A DNA stretch of 64,000 nt, taken from Orbicella franksi. Taxonomy: Eukaryota. The notes under the pieces are model-generated. The model made no database searches. It saw only the letters and a program-made list of their open reading frames with translations, and was not told the DNA's origin. How positions within the stretch are numbered: the first letter of the stretch is position 1; every line of letters starts with the position of its first letter. The stretch is taken from the NCBI GenBank assembly GCA_964199315.1, contig OZ116710.1, positions 14,880,001-14,944,000 on the forward strand, given 5' to 3'. This document shows, one piece after another, positions 12,372 to 23,956 of the stretch. Made by a program: the position numbers and the translations under genes.

Positions 12372-15300
12372 TTAAGGCCCTTGTCCTCGTTTTATTGGAG
12401 AATGCTTATCGTTCCATGTTCGCAAATCATCCCAGTTTTTTCCAATGACATTTATCCAGTTATTTACAATCCACTTGTGACCCTTCATGACGTCACATCC
12501 CCCGTGGTAGGACATGAGGTCGAGATGCGAGAGCCAGCTAGTTGATTTATCTATCACGTGATTATACCACATAATCGCGGTGCCTCGTTTTGGTTCAACC
12601 CTCAGATTAGCTTTAGAGCAATACGCGCTCAGATTGGAGATGTAATTGGATTTCCTTGTCCATGACTATCAAAATAAAAGGAAATGAAGAACAAGAAAAC
12701 ATAAGCGTGGGGAAAAGCAGAGTTGAAATTTATAAAACAATTAAAGAAAGATGGTTGTCATGTGCCTAGTACCCAGCCTTCTGTCTCTTTGCAAGACTAC
12801 GGGAAGCTTGGGATATTCAATGACGTTACCAGTTAATGGAGCTCCCCTAAGTAACACACCTAAATTTTTATTACGTGTAAGTTAAACATGCAAACCTGTT
12901 GCTTGAATGTGGCATCATCGGCGATTGGAAAAGCTGTGTGTCCACCTTCCTCGACATCATTGAGAAAGTACAAAATAGTTATGTACCTATAAAATAAAGG
13001 GAAATAGTTTTTGCTACCATTTCTTAGATTTATGTTTCTCAAGGATAGTTCAAAACCAGTTGTCCAAGAGAATTTCTTTTCCGTTTGCTTATGTAATTTA
13101 CGTTATGTACGTTTAAGCAAGTATGAGTTGTCTTGCCCAACTGACCTGCAGACACGACAATTATCCAATGAGCGGCGATCACAGCAAGAATCCTTGGTGT
13201 TAACAGAGTGCGAGTCGTAATGGCAGTGATAGTGACCGTCGGGACCGTATCTTACAGCCTACAACAGATATCCACAAACAGCGCTTAAAAGTGCCCTCCA
13301 TTACTCGGAAATCTCTGATGTAGTAATCACATATAAGTACACATACCACTGGAGTTTCACTGCCTCTTATTACTTCTATTGGAAGACCTGTGAGAGCAGC
13401 TTTTCTGCGAGAAAAGGAGATTAGGTTCCAAGAGTGAACCTCTTGCACTGGTGGTTCGATGTTTAGCCCTTAATCTCTTAGCTGGGAAATTGCTAACGAT
13501 TAAGAGAAAAGAACGCTATGATATGTTGACAGTTTGAAATGCAAGGCTAAAAATACGGAAATAAAATAGGGCAAATTTAATGGTCAATATTTCGAGAAGC
13601 AGAGCTACGATCATGGACAAATTGTGTTGGAAAATGCGTAAAAACATCATGAAATCATAACCGTAATTCCTACAGAATAAGTGTCAGCACCCCCATACCC
13701 CCTTTCAATGTTGGAAAGTGGTACAATGCAGATTTGCTTTAGAAAGTGTTTTGTCAACATTGCACAGGAGTAGGGAGGGGCAAGATGAGTATAGAATGAA
13801 TTTTTCCAACCCTTGTGACCAAGGTTGTAGTATACTAAAGGGCAATTGCTGCATTTTGGGTGTTGTTAAGTTTCATTTCACTCTTGCTCTTGCCCTCTAC
13901 TTCCTGTTGAAGACTGGCTTTGTTAGTCGAACTACTAGCTTTGCATTTCATTTTGTCTTATTTGTACTAATGCTTGGATCTGCTGACCCAGGAAGATGAG
14001 GAATACGAACAGAAGCCTTAGTCCATTTTTACGTTGTAAGACCCCACTGCATTTAAACGGTTGACTAAGATATTGAGATTGGAATGGTTTTTAAAATCTA
14101 CAATATTTGTAAGCCTTAAAATTCTACGCACTCACTTCATATCGAGTGTCACTGCCACTCTGTCATTTACAGGAAAATCAATGAACGTTTGGTTGCTATG
14201 GCGACCCTTGACCTTGGGGTCCAGTCCTCCTACTTCCTTAACATACTTCATGACATCAGCTGGTTGAAATTCACTTCGATGAATCATTCCTGGAGGAACA
14301 AATTTGTTGTTCAAGAAATTGCTTTTTGGCAGAGCTTTCGCCCACCGCGAAAAAATTCAAAGCTTAGGTAAAAGTGGAATAATGGAAAAAGTGAGATCCA
14401 GCGAGAACCAATTGGAAAGACCCGAGGTTAAGAATTTAGTACTTGATAGGTCATATAGGCTTGGGACTGAAGACTAAGGTTCATTTTGCAACTGATTCAA
14501 CTCACCCGGCTTACGTTTGCCAACGTTCAACGATTTCAACCTGAAAAAGCGATTCGTGTTAGTTATTTAGTATAATTATAAATACAAGAAACAGAGTTCC
14601 AGCTTTCGTATTATTGTGCAAAATGCTACCAAATATACTAAGAAACTGAAAAAGAGACTATTTAGAGCCAAGTGGGATTACAGTTCTTCAAATTTCACTT
14701 CATTTGGGACGGGGTGTCGAGAAGTCATAATTGGCATTCTGTTGAAATTTTGAACCTTTAGTCGCTATTTTAGTCATTTATTTTTTTGCTTTCACCACCT
14801 TTGACGTGTTTTTTCCTTTAAAGCAAACCGGTTGTTCTTTTGAGTAGCGCGTAGCCATGCGTACTTACATCTTCTTTACATCGTTTGTTGTGAAATGTAG
14901 ATCCCGGATGTAACGCATACCAGCAATGACCTGTAAGAGCGATTGATGAGAAATAAAGCGCTCTATCAAAGGTACCTGATGGTTAAACGTTAGCTAACGA
15001 GAATGGCTGCAAAAGAAGATGTACTTCCTGAATTTGGCGAGATGGAAACTACTTGCAATAAGTTATATAATTATTTACATCATATCATAGAAAATACAGC
15101 CAATCCGAATACAGAAAAGCCGTTGTATATTCGACGGTACTACACCTTCTCATCGTGCGTTGCGCGTATCGCGCATTGATTGTGCTGGCTACAACTAGCG
15201 CTCTTTCATGGTATACCATGGAATATCTAGCCTGCGAACGCAGACGTATTTCCGGCTGTCGCTTGTCTCCGCCGAGAAATAACGTCTGCGCACCCGAGCC

Positions 15301-16805
15301 AGGAAACGATTTCTGTGACGTAATGACTTTTGTTTCTCCTTGGCCAATCAGATTCCATGATAGAATGAAACTCGAGTGCTCTTAGCAGTGAATACCTCGC
15401 GCAGTAGTTCTGGGGCTACTTGAGCTAAACTGTGATTGGCTTAAAATTCCTACGTCAGAGAAATGGTTTCCTGGCTCGGGTTCGCAGACGTTATTTTTCG
15501 GCGGAGACAAGCGACAGCCGGAAATACGTCTGCGTTCGCAGGCTATGGAATATCCCACTTGTCTCTTGTATTTTCTTAGTAAACACACTCGCCTGAAGGC
15601 TGATGAAGGCAAGTGTATATCGAGAAAATATAAGTGATTCGTGGGATATTCCATGGTATACCACGAAAGAAAGTTGCATAACTAGTATATATACCTCGTC
15701 TATGTCTATTACGTCATCTCGATTGAGATCCCAGTATTCAAAAGAATTCTGGGACAGAAGGGTATCCATTGAATTATGAAATACGTCACTGTTCTCCAGT
15801 CTCCCACTTGCTGCGTATTCAAGAAGTCGTGTAGTTTCGGTCTCACTCAGGAAGTCAGGAATTTCTGAAAATAAGCAACGAGCATGTTCATTTGATATCC
15901 TTTGACATATTCTGTTGGGAAGTCGCTATTAAGTTGTGGTATCGATTCCAACATGTACAAGTTGCGTTGCATACGCCATACGGTCTAAAGGAACACAAAG
16001 AGCTAATGTTGGAATTCTTTTGGAGACTGACCTGTGCTTTACGTCAACGTCAAACTTGTGGCCATGGAAGAAAACGTGTCCCACGGAAGCGTAAATTCGA
16101 ACGCGACAATACCGATTGGCATCATGGGTAGTAATAGTTTGGCGTTGCCTGATTGAGGTTCACATCGTTTCAGAAAGAACGAAAGGAACCGTCAATACAC
16201 GTGTTCGTGCCTTTTATTCTATCACATTGAAACGTAACACCTTGAGCTTCAATCAAGCGATCGTGAACCACCATTACCCACAATACCTTTCGACATTGTC
16301 GTGTACGCTTGTACGTGACAACCTGTGTCTCTGTACTGATGTAGACGAAATTTTTCTGGAAGACGCTGTATACCTACCAAATATGGGGGGTCTCACGCTC
16401 AATGTCTTAACTGTAAAAGGCTTCTCGTCCTTAGTAAGCTCGATTTGGCGAACATAGCCAACCTGATGCAACAAAATCATGATTGAATTCAAATAAGAAA
16501 TAATCTCTTGATTCAAACTTATATTTGTTATTAAAGTTAAAACAAGGAATTAAATTGAAGCAGGAGCCGCTAGCTATGGTCAAATCCTGGTCGAATAATA
16601 TGTTTTTAATCTCAGCTTGGAAAATATCAGCATTCTAAAACGAGAGGTTATCCTTTACCTTGACTGGTTCTAAACGTGGTAGTTTCGTCCTTCTGATAAC
16701 ACACGGTCCGGGTAGGTCGTCAAATTGTTTCTGTTCAGTTGAATAGCAGGCGACCAGAAAAGCGGTAAACGTCGTTAGAATAATACCATGGCTCTTTGAA
16801 TCCAT
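12372..16805 (-). CDS. P4HTM: Transmembrane prolyl 4-hydroxylase-like (EF-hand plus 2OG-Fe(II) dioxygenase), complete, 10 exons
   Basis: Exons 16805-16659, 16462-16378, 15864-15695, 14930-14869, 14540-14506, 14289-14136, 13404-13347, 13258-13146, 12986-12896 and 12665-12372 are all GT-AG and in phase. Motifs: LPRLEPVKVGYVRQIEL, TLSVRPPIFEIPDFLSE, EF-hand DLNRDDVIDIDE, VRYGPDGHYHCHYD (HxD), RYITILYFLNDVEEGGHTAFP, NLRVEPKRGTAIMWYN, SYHGGCDVMKGHKWIVNNWIN. Confidence 0.93.
15228..15545. mobile_element. Palindromic MITE with ~90 bp TIRs and 9 bp TSD (Mutator-like), nested in an older repeat at ~15057-15683
   Basis: The ends TAGCCTGCGAACGCAGACG...CGTCTGCGTTCGCAGGCTA are inverted repeats. TGGAATATC is duplicated at 15219-15227 and 15546-15554. 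Confidence 0.85.
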
Positions 16806-19039
16806 TATGAAAATGCTGTGGTTTTAAAAATGCATTTTGCGATCACTCACTGTTATCAGGAAAGATAGGTTTCCAAAAGGAAATAAGAAAAAGCGCCGCG
16901 AAAGTTCATTCAAAGATTAACAATCTATGGACGCACGTGCTCGTTCATAGTTACGTAGCAGGTACCAGCCTTTAACGACAACAAGTAAATGGTTGTGGTT
17001 TTTGTTTTCATTTTTGTTTTATTCCACCTCGAACATCCTGTTATGTGCATCAAACAGATGTTTTATGATTCTGGAATTCGCCTGCATCGATGAGCTACAG
17101 CTAGTCAAAAGAAACTAAGCTTTCCCTTGGTCTTAATCTTGACTGCCATTTGAAATCCACGGGACGAGAATTCTAGAACTTAGAAAAGGAAGATTTTACA
17201 TTTATTTCCACTTTTTCTACGCAATTCGAACAACACCAATTTTAAAAATTGCTACAGCAATAAAACTTTGCCTAACTTTATCAAGTTTGTCTAGTCTTTT
17301 GTGATGTATCCCACCGTCCTCCGTAGTAGGTTAAGCAAGATTGTGGCGAGATGTTCATCCTCGGTATCCTGGTCATGACTGATTCAGTAAATGTTGCATG
17401 TAAAAACTCGCTTATGTTATCAGGAAAATATGTATTTAGTACAAAACAAAGCAGAGAGAATATGACAAATTTGAAAAATAATCAACTGAAAGTAGGGAGG
17501 GGGGTGAGGGTTGGTAATACAATCGATCAAACGGAGGAGGAGTAAATTGTTATTCTTTGTTTCCACATGACGTCGACCCCGTATGAGGCTCCCCTGACTT
17601 TTTATATTTATCTCCTGTAAGACCTCCAAAATATATATTTTCCTAGCAATTGCTGTTTTCCACCTTGACGAGTGTGAACTGATTCCTTTACAAAGTTGAA
17701 GAACTGCAGTTTTTTTCTTTTCTGCGAATCTGTTAATTTTATACGAATATCGAGCTCAAACTTTGCAAAATGTTCATACCATGTTAAGAATAAACCCATG
17801 GCTGTGATTTTGTTAAGAGCGTTTTTGGCGTGTACTTTCGTTTGGCAACAAAATATAATAACATCACACGATTTTAAATTAACTTTATTTTATCACTGGA
17901 AAGAGCGCTAACGTCTTTCTTTTTTTATTCTAACAAAACTAACGTCTTTTAACAAACATATAAATCTAATATATATACAGATATATCCCGTTATCTTGTT
18001 GATATTGATTAATATTGATTAATTTTCTATAACATTTCAAATTGTTAAGTTCTTTTACAATGTAAAAGTAGTTTCGACGATGGCGTAACAATGAAATGCA
18101 GCATTGAGGATTAAGGATTCACAATTAACTGGCGCTCAAGACAAACTACACTGAACATGTACGAGAACTACAACCGTGATTGTAAAAGTAATGTGCTTTT
18201 TGGGGTTCAGCAAGGAATTAATACGGGGTCAGTGAGGGGAGGTGAATCAGAAAGTATATGCGCCCAGATCGTTTACAAATTATCAACATTTTTGTCAGAA
18301 TTCATTCAGAAGCCCTACTAACATGACCTGGTATTTCTTCAAAACCACGGTTTAACTAATTTTGGATTTCGTCGGGTGTTACTAGCCCCTGTTCACTTCT
18401 TCTTTCTATGTTTATTGCCAATTTTCAATTTTTGTTTATTGGAGAGTAATTTTATAAATTTTGAATCCGAACTTCACATCTTTTGGAGTTTAAATCCCTC
18501 TGCACCTTCTCACTCGCCTAACCCCACCCCTTTCCCATAATCGCTTCCAGAAAACGAGACCAGCAAAACAGCGTGGTCCCGAGGGGGTTAATTTCTTGTT
18601 TCACTACTGAAGTAAAAGTACACGAACATAATCTAAAACTATTGTTGAGTAGGAACTAATAAATCGGCTGATATAAGCTGATTGAGTAATTTGTCATATC
18701 GCCATGAGCAGACCTGCAAATAAGATAAAAAGAAAATAAATGCAAGGTAAAAAGGAAACTCTGCTACACAATCATGCCGGTCTGTGCTTTTTTTTATGCA
18801 GCTATTATTTATACTACGCCTGAAAGATCTAGTCCTTAGGTAGACTCCAGTGAACTTCTGATAAAGTGCTTGACTGTATGTATATTGCTGTTTTAGCGAA
18901 ACAGCCCTAAAGAAATTATCAAAAATTCTAATATGCTGTTGAAGTCATGTTCAAAATTCTTATGGGCTAAATTCTTCCGTTAACTTAGTCTTTTCAAGTT
19001 TCTTGCAGTAGATATCAAATTTTCCGTTCATTATTTCAG

Positions 19040-19327
19040 CAGTCTGCATACGAGCCAGGTGGCCCATCAGGCCGGAATTTATCCCGGTTTCTGTAGCATG
19101 AAGTGACTAGAAATATTTCTGCTCCCCCTTTGATGAGACGGCTAGTCCATCGAAAGGTTACCCCCAGCATTAAGTTAGCCGGTATTCTTTTATACACCTG
19201 GGTAGAGAGAGGCACTGTGAGAGTAAACTGTCTTGCCCAAAAACACAACGCAATGTCCCCTGCCAGGGCTCGAGCCCGGACCGGTCGATCCGAAGACGAG
19301 CGCACTAACCATGAGGCCACCGCGCCT
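19040..19327 (-). mobile_element. tRNA-derived SINE with CORE/Meta-like central domain; related pieces at ~30740-30880 (plus) and ~62165-62284 (minus)
   Basis: The minus strand reads AGGCGCGGTGGCCTCATGGTTAGTGCGCTCG...GGCTCGAGCCC (A and B boxes), then TTGGGCAAGACAGTTTACTCTCACAGTGCCTCTCTCTACCCAGGTGTATAAA. The same 3' end (agtctgcatacgagcc) recurs near 62177. Confidence 0.8.
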
Positions 19328-19437
19328 ATCACAAGCATCATAGAGGTTGCATATTATTTCCCCATGGGCAAATGTTCCAACCTATATCATCAATACAGAT
19401 TGTTTTTCTTACCAAAGTAGTTAGGTTCCTGATCCCT

Positions 19438-22400
19438 CATTCCGTGGCGTGATCCTGGGATAAGGACATACAATACTGGCTTTGAACACCATCAGGAAAA
19501 TACTTGTCCCAGTCATCTGGCAATACCGGTTCAACCAAATCACGCAAGTCTACCAGCTGTGCGATGTACTGCGAACACATATACAAGAAGTCAGTGAGTG
19601 TAGAATTTCCTGAAAAAAGTACGACTGCTTTCTCTTTTCTTGTACATTTTTTATCAAGCCAGCAACGCGCTAAAAGAAAGATTGTAAGCTTATATACGGG
19701 ACAAGTGCAAAATATTTTTTCTCATTGCGGGTCGGGTGTGATAAGAGTTTATTCCAGTCCAATTGTTCACGATGCTCTATGCCATTAAACATATGGTGGA
19801 GTTTACCTCATTAAACATAGCCCCATTGAATCCTTCTTGCAAAAGACAGCTAGGCCGCATGTTTCTGTGTAAATCTATGAGAGTAACTCATAATCAGTTT
19901 GTTTTGCACATAGACTTATCAATGTATTTACACAGAGAGTATTATATCATCTAAGACTGCAAATGGAAGACAGGTGGGATTTATCTTGGAAAATATATTT
20001 GGAATTTTAGTGAAGTAGTTAAACATGGAAATTTCACCAAGGAAGAAAAATGTAATTTTATTGCATCTCGAGCTCGGGGATATTAGAAACCATATTGGTA
20101 TGTAGTTTGTGCCTGTTCTACCTACAAATGTCTCATTGATAAAGACGAAATGTTGATTAGTCCCGAGCATGGGACATCGAAAGAATCTGAGTCCCCGACA
20201 AGATGTCGAACCCTTGACCTCCCAGATATTGGTTGGACGCTCTATTGACTGAGCTACCAGAGATTCTTGGTCAGAGTTAGGCCATTTTACGAGGTCCATA
20301 TGTGACATTCTTCAGTTTGAAACAAGAAAGGGCCTTCACCTCGCATTCATCTTACGTCACTTTAATTACCGTTCAGAGACATGGCATTTCTGTAGCAAAA
20401 GCGCCACTGCTAAGCTAGAAAAAGCCAACGACCGTGCCCTCCGTTTCGTTTTCAATGAAAAGGGAACGCCATCTTGCCAACTACTTAACAAAATTGGCTT
20501 ATCGTCACTTCAAAATCAAGGTCTAGCAAAAAATAGTCTGTACGGTTTTTAAAGTCATTTTTAATGATCAAGCTCCAACATCCATCAAAAAACTGATAGA
20601 CCTCAGAAAAAATAAATATGATCTGAGGGGAATGATGACGTCTTCAAACTGCCTCGGGCCAATACCACTAGCTATGGCCTGAAATCGTGGAGGTTTACAG
20701 CGCCAAAACTTTGGAACTCTCTGCCGGACGCTCAAAGAACTATTAAAACTTACAAGGCTTTTAAAATAGTATTAAAAAAAAAAACTAGATTTGACAGGAC
20801 TTACATAGTGCAATGTATGTAGTTAATTACTCTGTCGATTTATTAATTAATTTTACGTTTGTGCATATGTAAAGGAAGTTTTAACTGTTTTTTTTTTTCA
20901 ATATTTTAGCTTATTTTAGCTAATTTTTCTAATTCCATATTCATTTTACTTTAATATTTCTCTCCTAGTGATATACCTGTAAACTAGCTTGTGAACTATT
21001 GTAGTGCACCACCATAGCTAAGTGTATAGTCACATTAAGCCAGTATTGTATTNNNNNNNNNNNNNNNNNNNNNNNNNNNNNNNNNNNNNNNNNNNNNNNN
21101 NNNNNNNNNNNNNNNNNNNNNNNNNNNNNNNNNNNNNNNNNNNNNNNNNNNNNNNNNNNNNNNNNNNNNNNNNNNNNNNNNNNNNNNNNNNNNNCACGCG
21201 TCTTGCATACTGCTAGGATCAGCAATGTCGAAATAGTCATGTGTCATCCCCTTTCTTTCCACGCTCATCCTCTTCTCTTTCTTTTTTTCCCCTTATTTCT
21301 TTGCCTTTCTTACCAAAACAGTTTGCTTCCTGATCACTCAGTCCATACCCATACTGGCTTTGAAACCCGTCAGGAGGATAGTTGTCCCAGCTGCATGGAT
21401 CGTAATACTGAAAACACACAAAATGCCAAAAAATAAAACAAAGTAATATTTCTACTGCACGTACATAATAGAATAATTGAAAGCCAAGATGTTCGCTCAG
21501 ACAAAAATGGACTTTTAAGTATTAATTTTGAGAGATGAAAGACAACGGAGATGTGTGCATGGCGATAATTCGAAATGAAAAAGGCTAAATTCTGCTTTTG
21601 CAGAAGGAATGGAAAGCCTCATGTGTAAGGAATATATGAGCTCAGCTCTGATAAGCTTCACTCTGATCGCGAACAAAGGCACCTGAGAATCTAGTCATGG
21701 CTCGAATTTAACAATCACTCAGAACAAAAGAGTATGAAGAGCATCTCATATGAGCTTCAGTTTCAAGGCAATCGTTCTAAATTTAGCTTTAGATACGGCA
21801 TCCATCGCGGATAATATCTTTTGCCGCAGTTCAAATATATGATCTTTCATCTTTCATAATCCGCGGTATCGCGGATAATGTTACCACGGAAGTCGTTTAG
21901 ATGTTTTGGTTGACGATGAAAATGCGTGTAAATCTGCCTAGGCTGTCCACGTGGGCAAAATCCGCGTCACTGGATTGGCTATTCCCAAGTGACGAAGAAA
22001 GAAGAGAAACCTAATCCCCCATATTGGATTTATTCCTGAGACAATCCCTCTTGAAGTATTATTAGATATGGTGCCCAGTTTTTCTGTGGATAATGCATGT
22101 TACCATGAGCATTGCGTGGACGTTCTCGCGCACCCTCGGGCTGTCCAGTTCAACATAATCCACGTGATAAGAATGACTATTTCCTGATCCTCCTGGGACG
22201 TCCGAAACCGGGAGTAGTCTAAATATAGCTTGAGAGGGATTTCCTTAGAGCGAATTAACTCTTCTAATTACCCTCTGTCCACTCCTCCTGTTAATTTATG
22301 TTCACCAATACCGAGCAAACAGCTATGCTAACTTGCAAAGATTTTAATGTTAATTCTAATACTAGCTTAGCGTCCTTAAGTCATGCACCTTTGCATTCAG

Positions 22401-22558
22401 CATGCCACCCACCATTCCCCATGGATCCATTGGGCCACGAAACACGCCCATTGCAGCGGGTTCGGCACTAGTGGAGTTGTTTGACTCCAGTGACTCCATT
22501 GATGACCTTCTTCTCATGTTTACTTTGGCGGGTGGACGTTTAAAGGAAGCATTGCGTT
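19438..22558 (-). CDS. Probable downstream coding exons of the IRF gene (inferred linkage)
   Basis: Exon starting at 22558 (phase 1; ERNASFKRPPAKVNMRRRSSMESLES...; donor uncertain), exon ~21408-21312 (YYDPCSWDNYPPDGFQSQYGYGLSDQEANCF) and terminal exon ~19610-19438 (GNSTLTDFLYMCSQYIAQLVDLRDLVEPVLPDDWDKYFPDGVQSQYCMSLSQDHATE*). Splice sites are good and phases join, including to the phase-1 end of the IRF DNA-binding exon. Membership in the IRF gene is not proven. Confidence 0.55.
20146..20310 (-). mobile_element. tRNA-derived SINE (second family)
   Basis: The minus strand reads GGTAGCTCAGTCAATAGAGCG (A box) and GGTTCGACATC (B box), followed by GGGGACTCAGATTCTTTCGATGTCCCATGCTCG. Confidence 0.7.
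20340..21052 (+). mobile_element. L2/CR1-type LINE 3' fragment, degenerate
   Basis: Translates as ...ETWHFCSKSATAKLEKANDRALRFVFNEK...YGLKSWRFTAPKLWNSLPD, typical of the ORF2 C-terminus of this clade, followed by an AT-rich tail. Confidence 0.75.
21053..21194. other. Assembly gap (142 N)
   Basis: Run of n characters. Confidence 1.
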
Positions 22559-23531
22559 CTGGAAAGCAAGAAAAAAAAATGTTAAGAAGTTCGCGCAACC
22601 GGCGGTAACGCTAATTGTTTGTGGGTGTGGTTACTGATATCGAACATCATACATCGAACATGCGCACTAAATAATGAACTAACAGTTATATTCTAGTTCA
22701 AGAGACCACAGTTATAAGTAACTTTGCACGGATTTAACGATCACGGACGCTCGGTGAGCCCTATTTTCTCTGGACAGATCATTTTTTCCTCTTTTACTAC
22801 GTTTTGCCAAAATATGAAAAAAACAACATGTATTCCATTTGAAAAATTTGCCCTACGTACCATCAAAACTTGTTCTTTTAAGCTGTTCGTTAAGCTGTGC
22901 GGCAGTTCCAAATGCAACTTTGAGGGTTGCGTTTTATGAAAAAGGGTCAATGGCAATGTTTAGAATCAACAGCCCAACAGATACTTATCTTCAATATTCT
23001 TTGAGTGAAACCCTGTGCTGAGGTACTTGAGCATTGTTTTAAGAAAAATAAAATAAGAACATTTTTCCACACGCCTTATTTTTTTAATTTTTCATTTGCT
23101 CATTTGTACATGTAGTATGAATTTTTTTACATAGTTTTCGTTAAGAAAGAAAAATTTCGTATTAAGGAATTAAGTTTTGCGTAACTTGCTAGTAGTACCG
23201 GCTCACGCGATGGAAAAATAGCCAACAGTTTGCGTATCGATTTCCCGTTTCAAACCTAAATGAAGTGAACGAAATTAAGCTCCGCTCTGTTTGTTTTTGG
23301 AAAGTCAAATAGACATTGTTCGCAGTATGCTCGCAGTGGTAAGCTTGGCGAATGATCTACACGCTAGTCGAGCCGATATTTTCGTTCTGTTAATGATGAT
23401 CTTAGCAATTTAGAGCTAAAACAGTAGTGATACAGCGTACGGAAAAATAAAAATAAAATTTCTCAAGGTATTAAAAGAAATTTTCAAGGCGGAAATAAAT
23501 AAGTATGTAACACGCAGCGCAGTACATAGCA

Positions 23532-23956
23532 TACCGTAAAATCCCACGGTATAGCCCTGGATTTATATAACTTCATAAGGGATTTTGGGTGGGCTTATAA
23601 ACGGGGGTGGAAGGGGGGCGGGGGTGGGCTTATATCCGGGTGCATGTAAGCGAAGTAAAAAAACTGTTTCGGAAAGACGAGATAAAACGTATCTGAGAAA
23701 CGAATTAAAGCTATCATAACATTACATTTAGAGTTATTAACCTATCACCCTATTAGCCCATAACTTGCGATTAAAAATTTTGACATTGGTAAAGAAACGC
23801 AAAAGGAACGCACTTACACATTAGATAAACTTATATTCGGGGGGTGTATATCCGGAATAATATCTTTGTTAGCAAGTAGAGGGGCTTATATCCGAGGGGT
23901 CGGGGGGGGGGGCTTATAAAATAACCGAGGGGACTTGCGCGTGGGATTTTACGGTA
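23532..23956. mobile_element. MITE with TACCGTAAAATCCC / GGGATTTTACGGTA ends (TA-target, Tc1/pogo-like)
   Basis: Terminal inverted repeats are directly visible, with internal GGGGCTTATATCCG-like repeats. Confidence 0.75.

Noticed and set aside
19040-20310. tRNA genes
   Set aside because: The A/B-box sequences are SINE heads without a complete cloverleaf and run on into SINE bodies.
21022-21268. ORFs spanning the N run
   Set aside because: Artefacts of the assembly gap.
21900-22240. GC-richer stretch with several partly open frames as an extra IRF exon
   Set aside because: Multiple frames and splice options fit equally poorly, so none can be supported without transcripts.
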